In this document: positions 9,543 to 18,946 of the stretch, piece after piece
How positions within the stretch are numbered: position 1 is the first letter of the stretch
Layout of the letters: every line of letters begins with the position of its first letter
Origin: a virus
Lineage: Duplodnaviria > Caudoviricetes
Length of the DNA: 58,038 bases
Reading direction: 5' to 3' (one strand)
IMG/VR virus record: IMGVR_UViG_3300018428_000023
Coordinates: 1-58,038 of that record
Made by a program: the position numbers and the translations under genes
The notes under the pieces: model-generated
What the model was told of the DNA's origin: nothing
Databases searched by the model: none
What the model saw: only the letters and a program-made list of their open reading frames with translations

Positions 9543-10699
9543 ACATATCTGACCTGCTTGCTAAGGCAAGTAAGACATTAATACTAGAGGAGCCCTTTTA
9601 CGGGCTCTTTTTAGTTGGTCTAAACAAAACATTTAGAAAAGATATCCCAACAGCCGGTGTGAGCAAACATGGTATTGGAGTACAGCTTGCTGTTAATCCT
9701 GATTTCTTTCAAGCATTGAGTCTTGAGCACAGAATTGGATTGGTTAAGCATGAATTACTCCATATTAGTTTTGGACACTTGACTATCAGGGATTTATATG
9801 CTGATAAAAAACTATTTAATATTGCAGCAGACTTGGAGATTAATCAGTACATAGCTTCTGATTACTTGCCAGAAGGCGGTCTAACATTGAATAGTTTTCC
9901 AGAGCTAAAGCTTCCTGTTAAAGCAGGTACTAAAGAGTACTATGATTTATTACAGCAAGCAAAAGAAGAAGGTACATCTCCATCTCTTGATGATCTATTA
10001 GATCAAATGAATGGTGATAGTCCTTATGATCATATGACTTGGGATGAGTTTGATGAACTATCTGAAGCAGATAAAAAGCTGATTCAGAAGCAAGTAGAAC
10101 ATCAACTTAAAGAAGTTGCAGATCAAACAGAGAAAAGATGCGGCAGTATTCCTGGAGAATTAGCTGATCTTATCTCTAGACTTAGACATGTAGAACCAGC
10201 CAAGTTTGATTGGAAAGGTTATCTCAGACGCTTTGTTGGAAACTCTTCTATCATCTATACTAAGAAGCTTAGAAGAAAATACAACAAGAGATATGTTGAG
10301 AACCCTGGTTTGAAAATTAAGTTTAAGAATCACATTCTTGTTGGTATAGACACATCTGGTTCTGTATCAAGGGATGAGTTAAAGGAATTTATGAATGAAC
10401 TCGTGCATATGCACAAGACCGGACATAAAATTACTGTAGCTCAGTGTGATACAAACTTAAATTCAGTAGAAGAGTTTAACCCAAAGAAGGATTGGGAGAT
10501 CAAAGGTAGAGGTGGTACTAGTTTCCAACCTGTCATTGATCATTTTAATGAAAAGAAGGGGCATTATACTGCCTTGATATATTTAACAGATGGTGAAGCA
10601 TGGAACCCTGAGAACTGTCCAGCTAATACTTTATGGGTATTAAGCAGCAGATCGCAGATGAACAATGAGTTACCCGGAAAAGTAATACAGTTAAACTAA
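9536..10699 (+). CDS. DUF2201-type metallopeptidase plus VWA domain protein
   Basis: HELLH (HExxH), NIAADLEINQ; MIDAS DTSGS; GRGGT, YLTDG. Confidence 0.9.
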   Translation: MVNISDLLAKASKTLILEEPFYGLFLVGLNKTFRKDIPTAGVSKHGIGVQLAVNPDFFQALSLEHRIGLVKHELLHISFGHLTIRDLYADKKLFNIAADLEINQYIASDYLPEGGLTLNSFPELKLPVKAGTKEYYDLLQQAKEEGTSPSLDDLLDQMNGDSPYDHMTWDEFDELSEADKKLIQKQVEHQLKEVADQTEKRCGSIPGELADLISRLRHVEPAKFDWKGYLRRFVGNSSIIYTKKLRRKYNKRYVENPGLKIKFKNHILVGIDTSGSVSRDELKEFMNELVHMHKTGHKITVAQCDTNLNSVEEFNPKKDWEIKGRGGTSFQPVIDHFNEKKGHYTALIYLTDGEAWNPENCPANTLWVLSSRSQMNNELPGKVIQLN

Positions 10700-10705
10700 A
10701 GAATT

Positions 10706-11971
10706 ATGGCACAAGTAAATTTAAACATTGATGAAGTAAAAGGTTTTGTAAACCATATCATCAACAACAACAGATTCTTGCAAGAGCAAGGTAAACCACC
10801 AGTAGCAATTGAGGTTGTTGGTGAATCAGGTATTGGTAAAACATCTACGGTTGTAGAACTTGCAAAGGATAATAATTTAAACTTTGTTAAGTTAAACTTG
10901 GCTCAGATAGAAGAGCTTGGTGACTTAGTTGGTTTTCCTGTACGTCAATTCCAGATGTATAAGGAGAAAACAATTAAGAAAGTAGATGATCTTAACTATA
11001 CTACAGCACAGAGAAATGCTGCAGCAGGTGATCTTGCTAATATTAGCGGTACCGTGACCAAGAAAGTTGGTCAGTGGGTTGATGAGCTTGCTGTTGCAGA
11101 ATACTTGAAGAATGGTTATAAGATGACAGGTAAGAATAGAATGTCTTACTGTGCACCAGAATGGATTGCTGATAAGAAAGATGGTGGTATTCTATTGCTA
11201 GATGACTGGAATCGTGCTGATGTACGTTTCATTCAGGCAGTTATGGAATTAATTGACCGTCAGACTTACATCTCTTGGACTTTACCTAAAGATTGGCACA
11301 TCATTCTAACATCAAATCCTGATAACGGTGATTATATGGTTAACTCTGTGGATGCTGCACAGAAGACCAGATATATTACCGCCAATCTAAAGTTTGATGT
11401 AAATGTATGGGCACGCTGGGCAGAAGAAGCAGGAATTGATACTCGCTGTATCAACTTTTTGCTTCTCCACCCAGAGCTTGTAACACAAGAGACTAATGCA
11501 AGATCTATTACTACATTCTTTAATGCCATCTCTAGCTTTGATAGCTTTGAAGACAACCTAACCATGATTCAAATGATTGGTGAAGGTTCTGTTGGTGATG
11601 CGTTTGCTAGTATGTTTACCACTTTTATTAATAATAAACTTGATAAGCTTGTGACTCCTAAAGATTTATTGACTCATGAAAATGAATCATACATCTTAGG
11701 TGAGCTTAGAGGTTGTATTGGTAAAGATGATGCATACCGTGCAGACATTGCATCTACTCTTGCAACTCGTTTGGCTAACTTCTCAGTAGTATATTCTAAA
11801 GAAAATACAATTACTCAGAAGCTTACAGATCGTTTGATTGCATTGTGCACTAAAGATTATTTCACTAATGACTTGAAGTATTTAATTGTACGTACAATCT
11901 TCAACGGTAATAAACAGAAGTTTAATAAAATGATGATGAATCCAGAAATCATCAAAATGACAATGAAGTAA
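10706..11971 (+). CDS. MoxR-like AAA+ ATPase
   Basis: Walker A GESGIGKT, ELGDLVGFP, Walker B LLLDDWNRA, TSNP; adjacent to the VWA gene. Confidence 0.88.
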   Translation: MAQVNLNIDEVKGFVNHIINNNRFLQEQGKPPVAIEVVGESGIGKTSTVVELAKDNNLNFVKLNLAQIEELGDLVGFPVRQFQMYKEKTIKKVDDLNYTTAQRNAAAGDLANISGTVTKKVGQWVDELAVAEYLKNGYKMTGKNRMSYCAPEWIADKKDGGILLLDDWNRADVRFIQAVMELIDRQTYISWTLPKDWHIILTSNPDNGDYMVNSVDAAQKTRYITANLKFDVNVWARWAEEAGIDTRCINFLLLHPELVTQETNARSITTFFNAISSFDSFEDNLTMIQMIGEGSVGDAFASMFTTFINNKLDKLVTPKDLLTHENESYILGELRGCIGKDDAYRADIASTLATRLANFSVVYSKENTITQKLTDRLIALCTKDYFTNDLKYLIVRTIFNGNKQKFNKMMMNPEIIKMTMK

Positions 11972-13014
11972 TGGCAAGTAAATCAGTATATCAAGAATAT
12001 AATACTGATGCACTAGATCACTTTGGATTAGAGACAGCCTCATACTATGGGGTTGTCTCATCCAGTGGTGTAGACACAGTATTGTTTACAGATTCAGAAA
12101 CAACATATGATAAGGTTAAGGATCTTCTTAAAACTAACACCTTAAGTGGTACTAGCTTTAAAAATAAGAAAAAGGCTTTCTTATTACCTAAGAGTCCTGT
12201 ATCTCTAGACAGAGTAAGAGCTGCATGTAAAGAGCATAAAATTACAATAACAAATGATTATGAAGCAGCTGATTTAATTATATCTCATAGTGATTTCTCA
12301 CAAAGATTTGAGCACGGTGAAACTATTAAATCAACAGTAATGATGGGTAAGTTTTGGAACTATCATACTGCAGTTGATAGTGGAGGTCCCTCAAAAAACT
12401 TTGTAGATGAGTATTTTGAAACAACAGGCTATGAAATTTTAATTGATACAAAGTCTGAAGATCATATACGTATATATGGTTGTAGTAATGGTGAATCTTT
12501 ATATGATTCTTGGATGATCACCGGTATGGCTCTTGATTTAGCTTATAAAATAGATTTAGGTGAGCTTGATATTATTGATGTAGATACTGTAGTATCAGAA
12601 TCTGCAAATAAACAAGAGTTAACTGAAGATCTAATGAGAACTTTAATTACTCAGGTTAGTTCATACAATGAAGAAGATCAGTCAATGGCTGCTATGGTTC
12701 TTCCTACAATTGATTATACTAAAAATCATCATTTACTTTGGCAATTTGCTCAGGAGTGTGGTCATAAGATGTATAATTTCAACAGGAACAAAGACGTCCA
12801 ATATTGGTTAAGTGCTTCTAATTTTATGAAGATGCATAATATGAATGCTCAATCTATGATACAATGGCTTGAGAAAAAGGAGTTACTTAGCTCTGAAAAC
12901 TTTAGATATTTAGAACCTATTGTAAGAAAAGAAATCACCATTTACAATAGAGACCTATATGTATTTAAAGTTGAAGTTAAACCGGAGTATAGAAAATATT
13001 TAAAAAAATTATGA
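11971..13014 (+). CDS. Hypothetical protein, paralog of 13011-14126
   Basis: FLLPKSPVSLDRVRAACKEHKITITNDYEAADLII aligns by eye with FYRYPKLTLPRMKVDLLKEKANITITRSKDTADYKII. Confidence 0.7.
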   Translation: MASKSVYQEYNTDALDHFGLETASYYGVVSSSGVDTVLFTDSETTYDKVKDLLKTNTLSGTSFKNKKKAFLLPKSPVSLDRVRAACKEHKITITNDYEAADLIISHSDFSQRFEHGETIKSTVMMGKFWNYHTAVDSGGPSKNFVDEYFETTGYEILIDTKSEDHIRIYGCSNGESLYDSWMITGMALDLAYKIDLGELDIIDVDTVVSESANKQELTEDLMRTLITQVSSYNEEDQSMAAMVLPTIDYTKNHHLLWQFAQECGHKMYNFNRNKDVQYWLSASNFMKMHNMNAQSMIQWLEKKELLSSENFRYLEPIVRKEITIYNRDLYVFKVEVKPEYRKYLKKL

Positions 13015-14126
13015 CAAATTCAATTAACGTAAGGCAAATAAGATTAACGGATAATAATGGTCTATATAGTGGTGTTAAAGAAGAAGAAATTAGAGAGTTT
13101 CTCTCTGGTGAAAATTCTAACTCAGGTATTAATCAATTTAATATAATACTACCTGAACCTACACTAGCATCTATAAAAGATAAAAGTTTCTATAGATATC
13201 CAAAGCTTACTTTGCCAAGAATGAAAGTAGATTTGCTAAAAGAAAAAGCAAATATTACTATCACAAGAAGTAAAGATACTGCTGATTATAAAATTATATC
13301 AGAAAGATATCTTAATTCTCTGAGTGATTATAGCTGGTCAAAGCTTTATACAACAGAAAGCATTTTAGAAGAGTTAAATAACAATTCTAATAACTTCACA
13401 CATGATTGTATTACTGAGTTTAAAAGTCTTTTAAATGCGTATCCTGATGATTATTGGGATATAAAACAAGGTTGGTATTATAACAGTGTCTATAGACTTA
13501 CGGATAATTTAGAATGTGCTTATCATAACTATAAGTATATAAAAGAATCAGATGTTTCAACCTTTAATGAAATATTAAATTCAAACAATCTTTTATTAGA
13601 TACTCAGTTAAATACTATTATATATGAAGACATGCATGTTCTTACAAAAGAAGAGTATCTTAATGCAAGAAACATGATTAAATCAGATGATAAGGAAAAT
13701 ACAGCATTGGCATTAGAATTATTGTCTAACTGTAATCTAAATGAATCTTTTGATTATGTTGCTTTGTTATTTTACTTTTATCATGATCATTTAAAAGAAG
13801 CAAGAAATTGGAATAGTATTAATGTAAAAACTTTGAGAAATACTATGTCTGATTTTGTAGCAAATAGTAATGCATCTTATGGTTATTATTATAACAACTT
13901 CTTGCAAAAGTTAATTCATCATGATAAACTGACGGAATTTGCATTTAAAGAAGTTGCTAGATATGCATTTCACAATGTTGTAAAAAGATCATTAGGATTA
14001 TCTGATGAATCTGTATTTACTGTTAATCTTGATGCAATTAAAATCAATCCTAAATACAAAGATAAGATTAAATCAAATCAGGATTTTTTTATAACTGATC
14101 TTGAAAAAGCAGTTGCAAAATTTTAA
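13011..14126 (+). CDS. Hypothetical protein, paralog of 11971-13014
   Basis: Same two shared motif blocks; ATGA coupling. Confidence 0.7.
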   Translation: MTNSINVRQIRLTDNNGLYSGVKEEEIREFLSGENSNSGINQFNIILPEPTLASIKDKSFYRYPKLTLPRMKVDLLKEKANITITRSKDTADYKIISERYLNSLSDYSWSKLYTTESILEELNNNSNNFTHDCITEFKSLLNAYPDDYWDIKQGWYYNSVYRLTDNLECAYHNYKYIKESDVSTFNEILNSNNLLLDTQLNTIIYEDMHVLTKEEYLNARNMIKSDDKENTALALELLSNCNLNESFDYVALLFYFYHDHLKEARNWNSINVKTLRNTMSDFVANSNASYGYYYNNFLQKLIHHDKLTEFAFKEVARYAFHNVVKRSLGLSDESVFTVNLDAIKINPKYKDKIKSNQDFFITDLEKAVAKF

Positions 14127-14193
14127 GGAGAATTAGCCATAATTGTGGGGGATTCTTGATTCGCGTATTGCAAATTGAGATCCCCCCTCCTTA
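14124..14193 (+). ncRNA. Candidate structured RNA (bulged long hairpin)
   Basis: TAAGGAG/CTCCTTA outer stem, 16-nt 5' bulge AATTAGCCATAATTGT, inner helix GGGGGA..TCTTGATTCGCG/TGCAAATTGAGA..TCCCCC with G-U pairs that favour the + strand. Confidence 0.55.
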
Positions 14194-14209
14194 TTTAATG
14201 TATTAATAA

Positions 14210-15187
14210 ATGGACAAAAACGCACTAGATAGTTTTTATAATGAAACATTTCAGTTTAGTTACTCATCACTAAACAAGTTATTGTTTTCACCATCCTTGT
14301 TTTACAAGGACTATATATTGAAAGATAGAGAACTAAAGACAGACAAATATCTTATAGAAGGTAAGCTTGTACACTGTTTAGTATTTGAACCAGAGAATCT
14401 AAAAGAAAAGTTTAAGATTGTCCCCGATAAAACACCAACTGATAGCGTAAGAAAAATTCTACACAAAGTTCATGATAAAGATAAGAGTGTAGATATTATG
14501 ACTGCAGATGATCTTATACTTGAAACTCTTCGTGAAGAAAATTTATATCAGACATTAAAAGAAGACTCTGCTAGGCTTGCAAAGATTCAAACAGAAGAAT
14601 CTAAAATCTACTGGAAGTTCATTGCAAACCCAATGGTTGATGTAATAGATCAGGATACCCTGGCTAAGTGTACAGACTATGCAGAAATAATCAAAGCTAA
14701 TACAGATGTAATGGCTTTATTTAGTTCTACCTCCACTGATTTTGATCTTGATCCTGTTCAAACATATGCAGAGAAGCCTCTTAATTGTGAGCTTAAGGAT
14801 AAACCATTTGGTTTGAAAGGCATCATTGACTTCTATAAAGTAGATGATGATGAAGAGTTGGTCACAATTTGTGATCTCAAGACAACCAGCAAATCAATAT
14901 CTGACTTTAAAGAAACAGTGGAGTTCTATAATTACTGGTTGCAAGCGGCAATATATTGTAAACTAGTTTTTGAAAATCTTGATGAGTCACAACAGGATTA
15001 CAATTTTATTTATAAATTTGTAGTGATTGATAATTACAAGCAGGTCTATGTCTTTGATGTATCACCTGAAACTTTATCAATGTGGACGCAAGGTTTAGAA
15101 GAAACATTAAAGGTTGCAGACTATCATTACACTCAGAGAGATTTTTCCTTGCCCTATGAATTTTTAGTAGAAAAGGTTATCTTATAA
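14210..15187 (+). CDS. PD-(D/E)XK exonuclease (RecE/DUF3799-like)
   Basis: SYSSLNKL, GKLVHCL, KGIIDF, CDLKTT, YWLQAAIY. Confidence 0.85.
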   Translation: MDKNALDSFYNETFQFSYSSLNKLLFSPSLFYKDYILKDRELKTDKYLIEGKLVHCLVFEPENLKEKFKIVPDKTPTDSVRKILHKVHDKDKSVDIMTADDLILETLREENLYQTLKEDSARLAKIQTEESKIYWKFIANPMVDVIDQDTLAKCTDYAEIIKANTDVMALFSSTSTDFDLDPVQTYAEKPLNCELKDKPFGLKGIIDFYKVDDDEELVTICDLKTTSKSISDFKETVEFYNYWLQAAIYCKLVFENLDESQQDYNFIYKFVVIDNYKQVYVFDVSPETLSMWTQGLEETLKVADYHYTQRDFSLPYEFLVEKVIL

Positions 15188-15188
15188 T

Positions 15189-15770
15189 ATGATGGGTGTA
15201 TACACACAATATTTTCAAAAGAGTAAAGTATTTCTTTATCCGCTTTTAAAGCTGAAAAAAGGAATAGCTTTTGTCCCAGAACAAACATACATTGCCTGGG
15301 ACAAACTTTACTCTCCTGATGATATGAAATTAATGTGTTTATACAATGCAGAATCATCAACAAAATACTTAAGCTTTGAAACAAGATATCTTAAATCACA
15401 CCCACTTTTAGAAGCATACTTTCAAATAGATGAGAATAAGCATGTATATGTATTTGATATGTCAGAATATAAGTATGATCATAAAGCTTTTGTAAAGGGT
15501 AAGTATTCTAAATTTAGTTTACGTTCTAAAGATATAATTAAAGAATTCTTTGGAACTGTAGGAAATATATCAGACTATGTAGTTAGTTTCCTACGCCCTG
15601 ATGAATATCATGAATTATACGCAGATGCTTTAGGTGTTGATCTTGATCTCATAAAAAATGTTTATGAGTTATGTTCACCACCAGACCTTGAGAAAGAAAC
15701 AATTTTTGAGAATATTCCACAGGAGATTGAAATTTTTGGAAACAATTCAATATCTTTGGATAAATTTTAA
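15189..15770 (+). CDS. Hypothetical protein
   Basis: Full-length ORF in operon context; no motif recognised. Confidence 0.7.
   Translation: MMGVYTQYFQKSKVFLYPLLKLKKGIAFVPEQTYIAWDKLYSPDDMKLMCLYNAESSTKYLSFETRYLKSHPLLEAYFQIDENKHVYVFDMSEYKYDHKAFVKGKYSKFSLRSKDIIKEFFGTVGNISDYVVSFLRPDEYHELYADALGVDLDLIKNVYELCSPPDLEKETIFENIPQEIEIFGNNSISLDKF
15751..15758 (+). promoter_or_regulatory. Bacteroidetes-type -7 element (TATCTTTG)
   Basis: 17 nt before ATG 15776; TTG with a 21-nt spacer upstream. Confidence 0.55.
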
Positions 15771-15775
15771 AACCA

Positions 15776-16198
15776 ATGGCAAATACATTAGGTAACAACA
15801 TGATGCTTGTACACTCTGTTTTCAGAAATGCAAGATCTTTTAGTTTGATTCCGGTGAGTAATGATTCACCATACGTTGAAGCTATGTTTGATCCAGCATC
15901 AAGCATTTTAGCAGTAATTACAAAAGATAGAAAACAATCATTCCATATGATGCCTCGTCTGGATGATAATGGTCAACCCCAAAGACTAAAGACTCCTAAC
16001 ATGGAGACAGGGAAGACCGTTAAAGAACAAAGAGTTCAGATTGATACATTCAATGAGTTCTATCTAAATGAAAAAGCAGATATAGAAACCTTTGTTGAAC
16101 TATTTGCAATCAATGCATCCTCTTTTGATTATAAAAGCTTCTTGGATGTAGATGTAAAGGAAACAAAAGTTTCAAACATCATAATGCCGGGTCAGTAA
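15776..16198 (+). CDS. Hypothetical protein
   Basis: ORF flanked by its own promoter and terminator candidates. Confidence 0.75.
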   Translation: MANTLGNNMMLVHSVFRNARSFSLIPVSNDSPYVEAMFDPASSILAVITKDRKQSFHMMPRLDDNGQPQRLKTPNMETGKTVKEQRVQIDTFNEFYLNEKADIETFVELFAINASSFDYKSFLDVDVKETKVSNIIMPGQ

Positions 16199-16220
16199 GC
16201 TTACACTCACCCAAACAAAG

Positions 16221-16243
16221 AGAGCCCCTTGTGGGCTTTTTTT
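16221..16243 (+). terminator. Intrinsic terminator
   Basis: AGAGCCC-CTTGT-GGGCTTT followed by a T-tract. Confidence 0.75.
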
Positions 16244-16265
16244 GGCACCTATAAAAAATGCAGAT

Positions 16266-18257
16266 ATGAATCACTGGGTAATGGACTATGAGACATTATC
16301 AAATTGCTTTACGGCAGTATTTGAACACTATAAGACTACAGAAACAAAAGTCTTTGTTGTTCATGATCTTCGTAATGACTTTGATGATTTCATAGATTTC
16401 TTAAAACAAAATACGGATAACCGGGAGTGGCATATTTCTTACAATGGTTTAGCGTTTGATGCACAAATCACACACTATATCATTGAGAACTATGAACTCT
16501 GGGAAAATCTGAGTGCTGGTGATATAGCTGGTATTATATATGAATATGCTGGTAAGTGTATAGCTCGTAGTGATGCTAAAGACTTTCATGACTACCCACA
16601 ATGGAAAATGTGTATAGGTCAGATTGATCTTTTTAAGATGCATCACTGGGACAACCCAGCAAAAAGATCTAGTCTTAAGTGGATACAGTATAGTATGGAC
16701 TGGGATAACATGCTTGACATGCCTATAGACCATTCTGTTAATATAACCACAATAGAGCAGATTGAAACAATTCTGGATTACAATATCAATGATGTGAAGT
16801 CTACTAAAGAAATTTTTAATAGATCTCATGAGTTGATTAAATTAAGAAAGGAATTGACTAATACGTATAGTATTAATCTATACAGTGCATCTGAGCCTCG
16901 TATAAGTAAAGAGCTTTTTGCTTATTACATGTCAGAAAAACTAAACATCCCAAAAAGAGACCTTAAGCAATTAAGAACTTACAGGAATGTTGTTAGGGTT
17001 AAAGATATTATCTTACCCTATATAAAGTTTGTATCTCCTGAATTCAAGAGTTTACTTGATAGATTTAACGCCTTGGAAATTAATCCAGAATCATTAAAAG
17101 GTGTTTTTAAATATTCTGTTACATACAAGAATGTTAAAACAGACTTTGGTATTGGTGGTGTTCATGGTGCAAATAAATCAGGAGTGTATGTATCTGATGA
17201 TGAGTATGTTATAATGTCTTCAGACGTTACATCATTCTATCCTAATTTGGTTATTAGAAACAAATGGTCACCGGGGCATTTCCCTGCAGAACAATTTTGT
17301 GATCAGTATGAATGGTTCTTTGAAGAGAGAAAGAAGATACCTAAGAGTAATCCAATGAACTATGTTTACAAGATTATTCTTAACTCAACCTTCGGTCTTA
17401 GTAATGATAGGAACAGTTTCTTTTATGATCCAGAATTAACTATGAGAATTACAATTAACGGTCAGCTTAGTCTAATGTTATTGTATGAGATGATTATGGA
17501 ACGTATACCAAATGCATTAGCAATTATGCATAATACAGATGGTTTAGAAACTAAGATACCAAGAGAGCATGTAGATACTTATATGGAGATTTGTAAAGAG
17601 TGGGAACAGATAACTAATTTACAGTTAGAACATGATGAATATCAAAAACTCGTTGTTGGTGATGTCAACAATTATATTGGCCTCAACAACTACAAAGAAG
17701 TTGATCTTACTACCTGGAGAGAAGTTAAAAGAAAAAACCCTCATTACAAATTCAAAATAGAAAGAGACAAGTTCTACTTTGCTCCAGCTAAACTAAAGGG
17801 TAGATTTGATTTCTATGGATTACAACTACATAAGAATAAGTCTAAGCTAGTGATACCCAAGGCAATATATAATTATTTTATACATGATATTATACCGCAG
17901 GATTATCTAGATCAAAACAAAAACATATTAGACTATTGTATTGGTGGTAAATCTAAAGGAGATTGGAAACAAGTAGCAAAGTATATAAAGGATCAGAAAT
18001 ATCAAGAAGAGGATCTTCAGAAGATTAATCGTTATTATATTTCTAACTCAGGGATCAAGATCATTAAAGTAAATAAGTCAGATGGCCGGGAGATTCAACT
18101 TGAATCTGGACAGTGGTTGCAGACTGTATTCAACAAGATGAAAATTGAACCCAAGTGGGAGAACTATAATATTAACAGAGCGTATTATCTAGAAGCTATA
18201 GAGCAAGAGATAGATAATATTACTAATGTGAGCAGTAATCAGCTTACTTTATTTTAA
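16266..18257 (+). CDS. polB: Family B DNA polymerase with 3'-5' exonuclease
   Basis: Exo DYE, YNGLAFD, YNINDV; polymerase motifs SDVTSFYPN, KIILNSTFG, NTDG; ATG 16266 preferred over TTG 16242, which lies in the terminator. Confidence 0.92.
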   Translation: MNHWVMDYETLSNCFTAVFEHYKTTETKVFVVHDLRNDFDDFIDFLKQNTDNREWHISYNGLAFDAQITHYIIENYELWENLSAGDIAGIIYEYAGKCIARSDAKDFHDYPQWKMCIGQIDLFKMHHWDNPAKRSSLKWIQYSMDWDNMLDMPIDHSVNITTIEQIETILDYNINDVKSTKEIFNRSHELIKLRKELTNTYSINLYSASEPRISKELFAYYMSEKLNIPKRDLKQLRTYRNVVRVKDIILPYIKFVSPEFKSLLDRFNALEINPESLKGVFKYSVTYKNVKTDFGIGGVHGANKSGVYVSDDEYVIMSSDVTSFYPNLVIRNKWSPGHFPAEQFCDQYEWFFEERKKIPKSNPMNYVYKIILNSTFGLSNDRNSFFYDPELTMRITINGQLSLMLLYEMIMERIPNALAIMHNTDGLETKIPREHVDTYMEICKEWEQITNLQLEHDEYQKLVVGDVNNYIGLNNYKEVDLTTWREVKRKNPHYKFKIERDKFYFAPAKLKGRFDFYGLQLHKNKSKLVIPKAIYNYFIHDIIPQDYLDQNKNILDYCIGGKSKGDWKQVAKYIKDQKYQEEDLQKINRYYISNSGIKIIKVNKSDGREIQLESGQWLQTVFNKMKIEPKWENYNINRAYYLEAIEQEIDNITNVSSNQLTLF

Positions 18258-18258
18258 T

Positions 18259-18432
18259 ATGCAAAATTGGGTTGCAAGAATAGCATGGAAGGACATGTCT
18301 GATGCAGGTGTTAATCATACATTATTTTGTGATTGGCAATACTGTAAAGAATTTGTTCTTCCTTTAAATAAAAAACTTGGTCTTCATAAGATCAATAAAG
18401 AAGATAACATTAAAAATATACCAGGAAGATGA
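18259..18432 (+). CDS. 57-aa hypothetical protein
   Basis: MQNWVARIAWKDMSDAG...IPGR; fills the gap, ATGA overlap with the MazG-like gene. Confidence 0.55.
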   Translation: MQNWVARIAWKDMSDAGVNHTLFCDWQYCKEFVLPLNKKLGLHKINKEDNIKNIPGR

Positions 18433-18731
18433 ATTATTCAGAATTAGAAATTGCTGTAGAGCAATGGGCTGCAGACAAGGGAATCTTGTCTAAAGCCACT
18501 CCAATGGCGCAAGCTCTTAAAACACTAGAAGAAACAACAGAGCTATGTACCTCTGTTAATGCTGATGATAGAGCAGAAATCATTGACGCTATGGGTGACA
18601 TTATGGTTACCCTGATCATTCAGGCTAAGATGCAAGGACTCAAATTAGAAGAGTGTCTTGAATCAGCTTATAATGTAATTGCTAAACGTACAGGTAAAAT
18701 GGTTAATGGTCAATTTGTAAAAGATGCATAA
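18429..18731 (+). CDS. MazG-like NTP pyrophosphohydrolase
   Basis: KTLEETTEL...IIDAMGDIMVTL...CLESAYNVIAKRTGKMVNGQFVK. Confidence 0.85.
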   Translation: MNYSELEIAVEQWAADKGILSKATPMAQALKTLEETTELCTSVNADDRAEIIDAMGDIMVTLIIQAKMQGLKLEECLESAYNVIAKRTGKMVNGQFVKDA

Positions 18732-18946
18732 TGGAACTATATAACGTACCCAAAAACTCAAGAATTAAAGTCATTGGTGATATTAAAGTACCACCAGGAG
18801 CTCCTGAAATTAAATCTGGAGATGAATTGAACTTTAGAAGTATTGATGGAATGTATTCTTATTGTACAACAGATACAGGAGAAGTAGTACACTTAGTTGC
18901 CTGGGCTGAAGTAGAAATAATAGATGATCAAGGTTCAAAAGACTAA
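18731..18946 (+). CDS. Small beta-barrel hypothetical protein
   Basis: TAATG-coupled ORF; IDGMYSYC motif. Confidence 0.65.
   Translation: MELYNVPKNSRIKVIGDIKVPPGAPEIKSGDELNFRSIDGMYSYCTTDTGEVVHLVAWAEVEIIDDQGSKD

Noticed and set aside
14150-14210. Resemblance to a SAM-II riboswitch (TGATT...CGTATTGCAA)
   Set aside because: The P1 and pseudoknot pairings and the 3' GCTAAA segment do not fit; a long simple hairpin explains the sequence better. An Infernal search would settle it.
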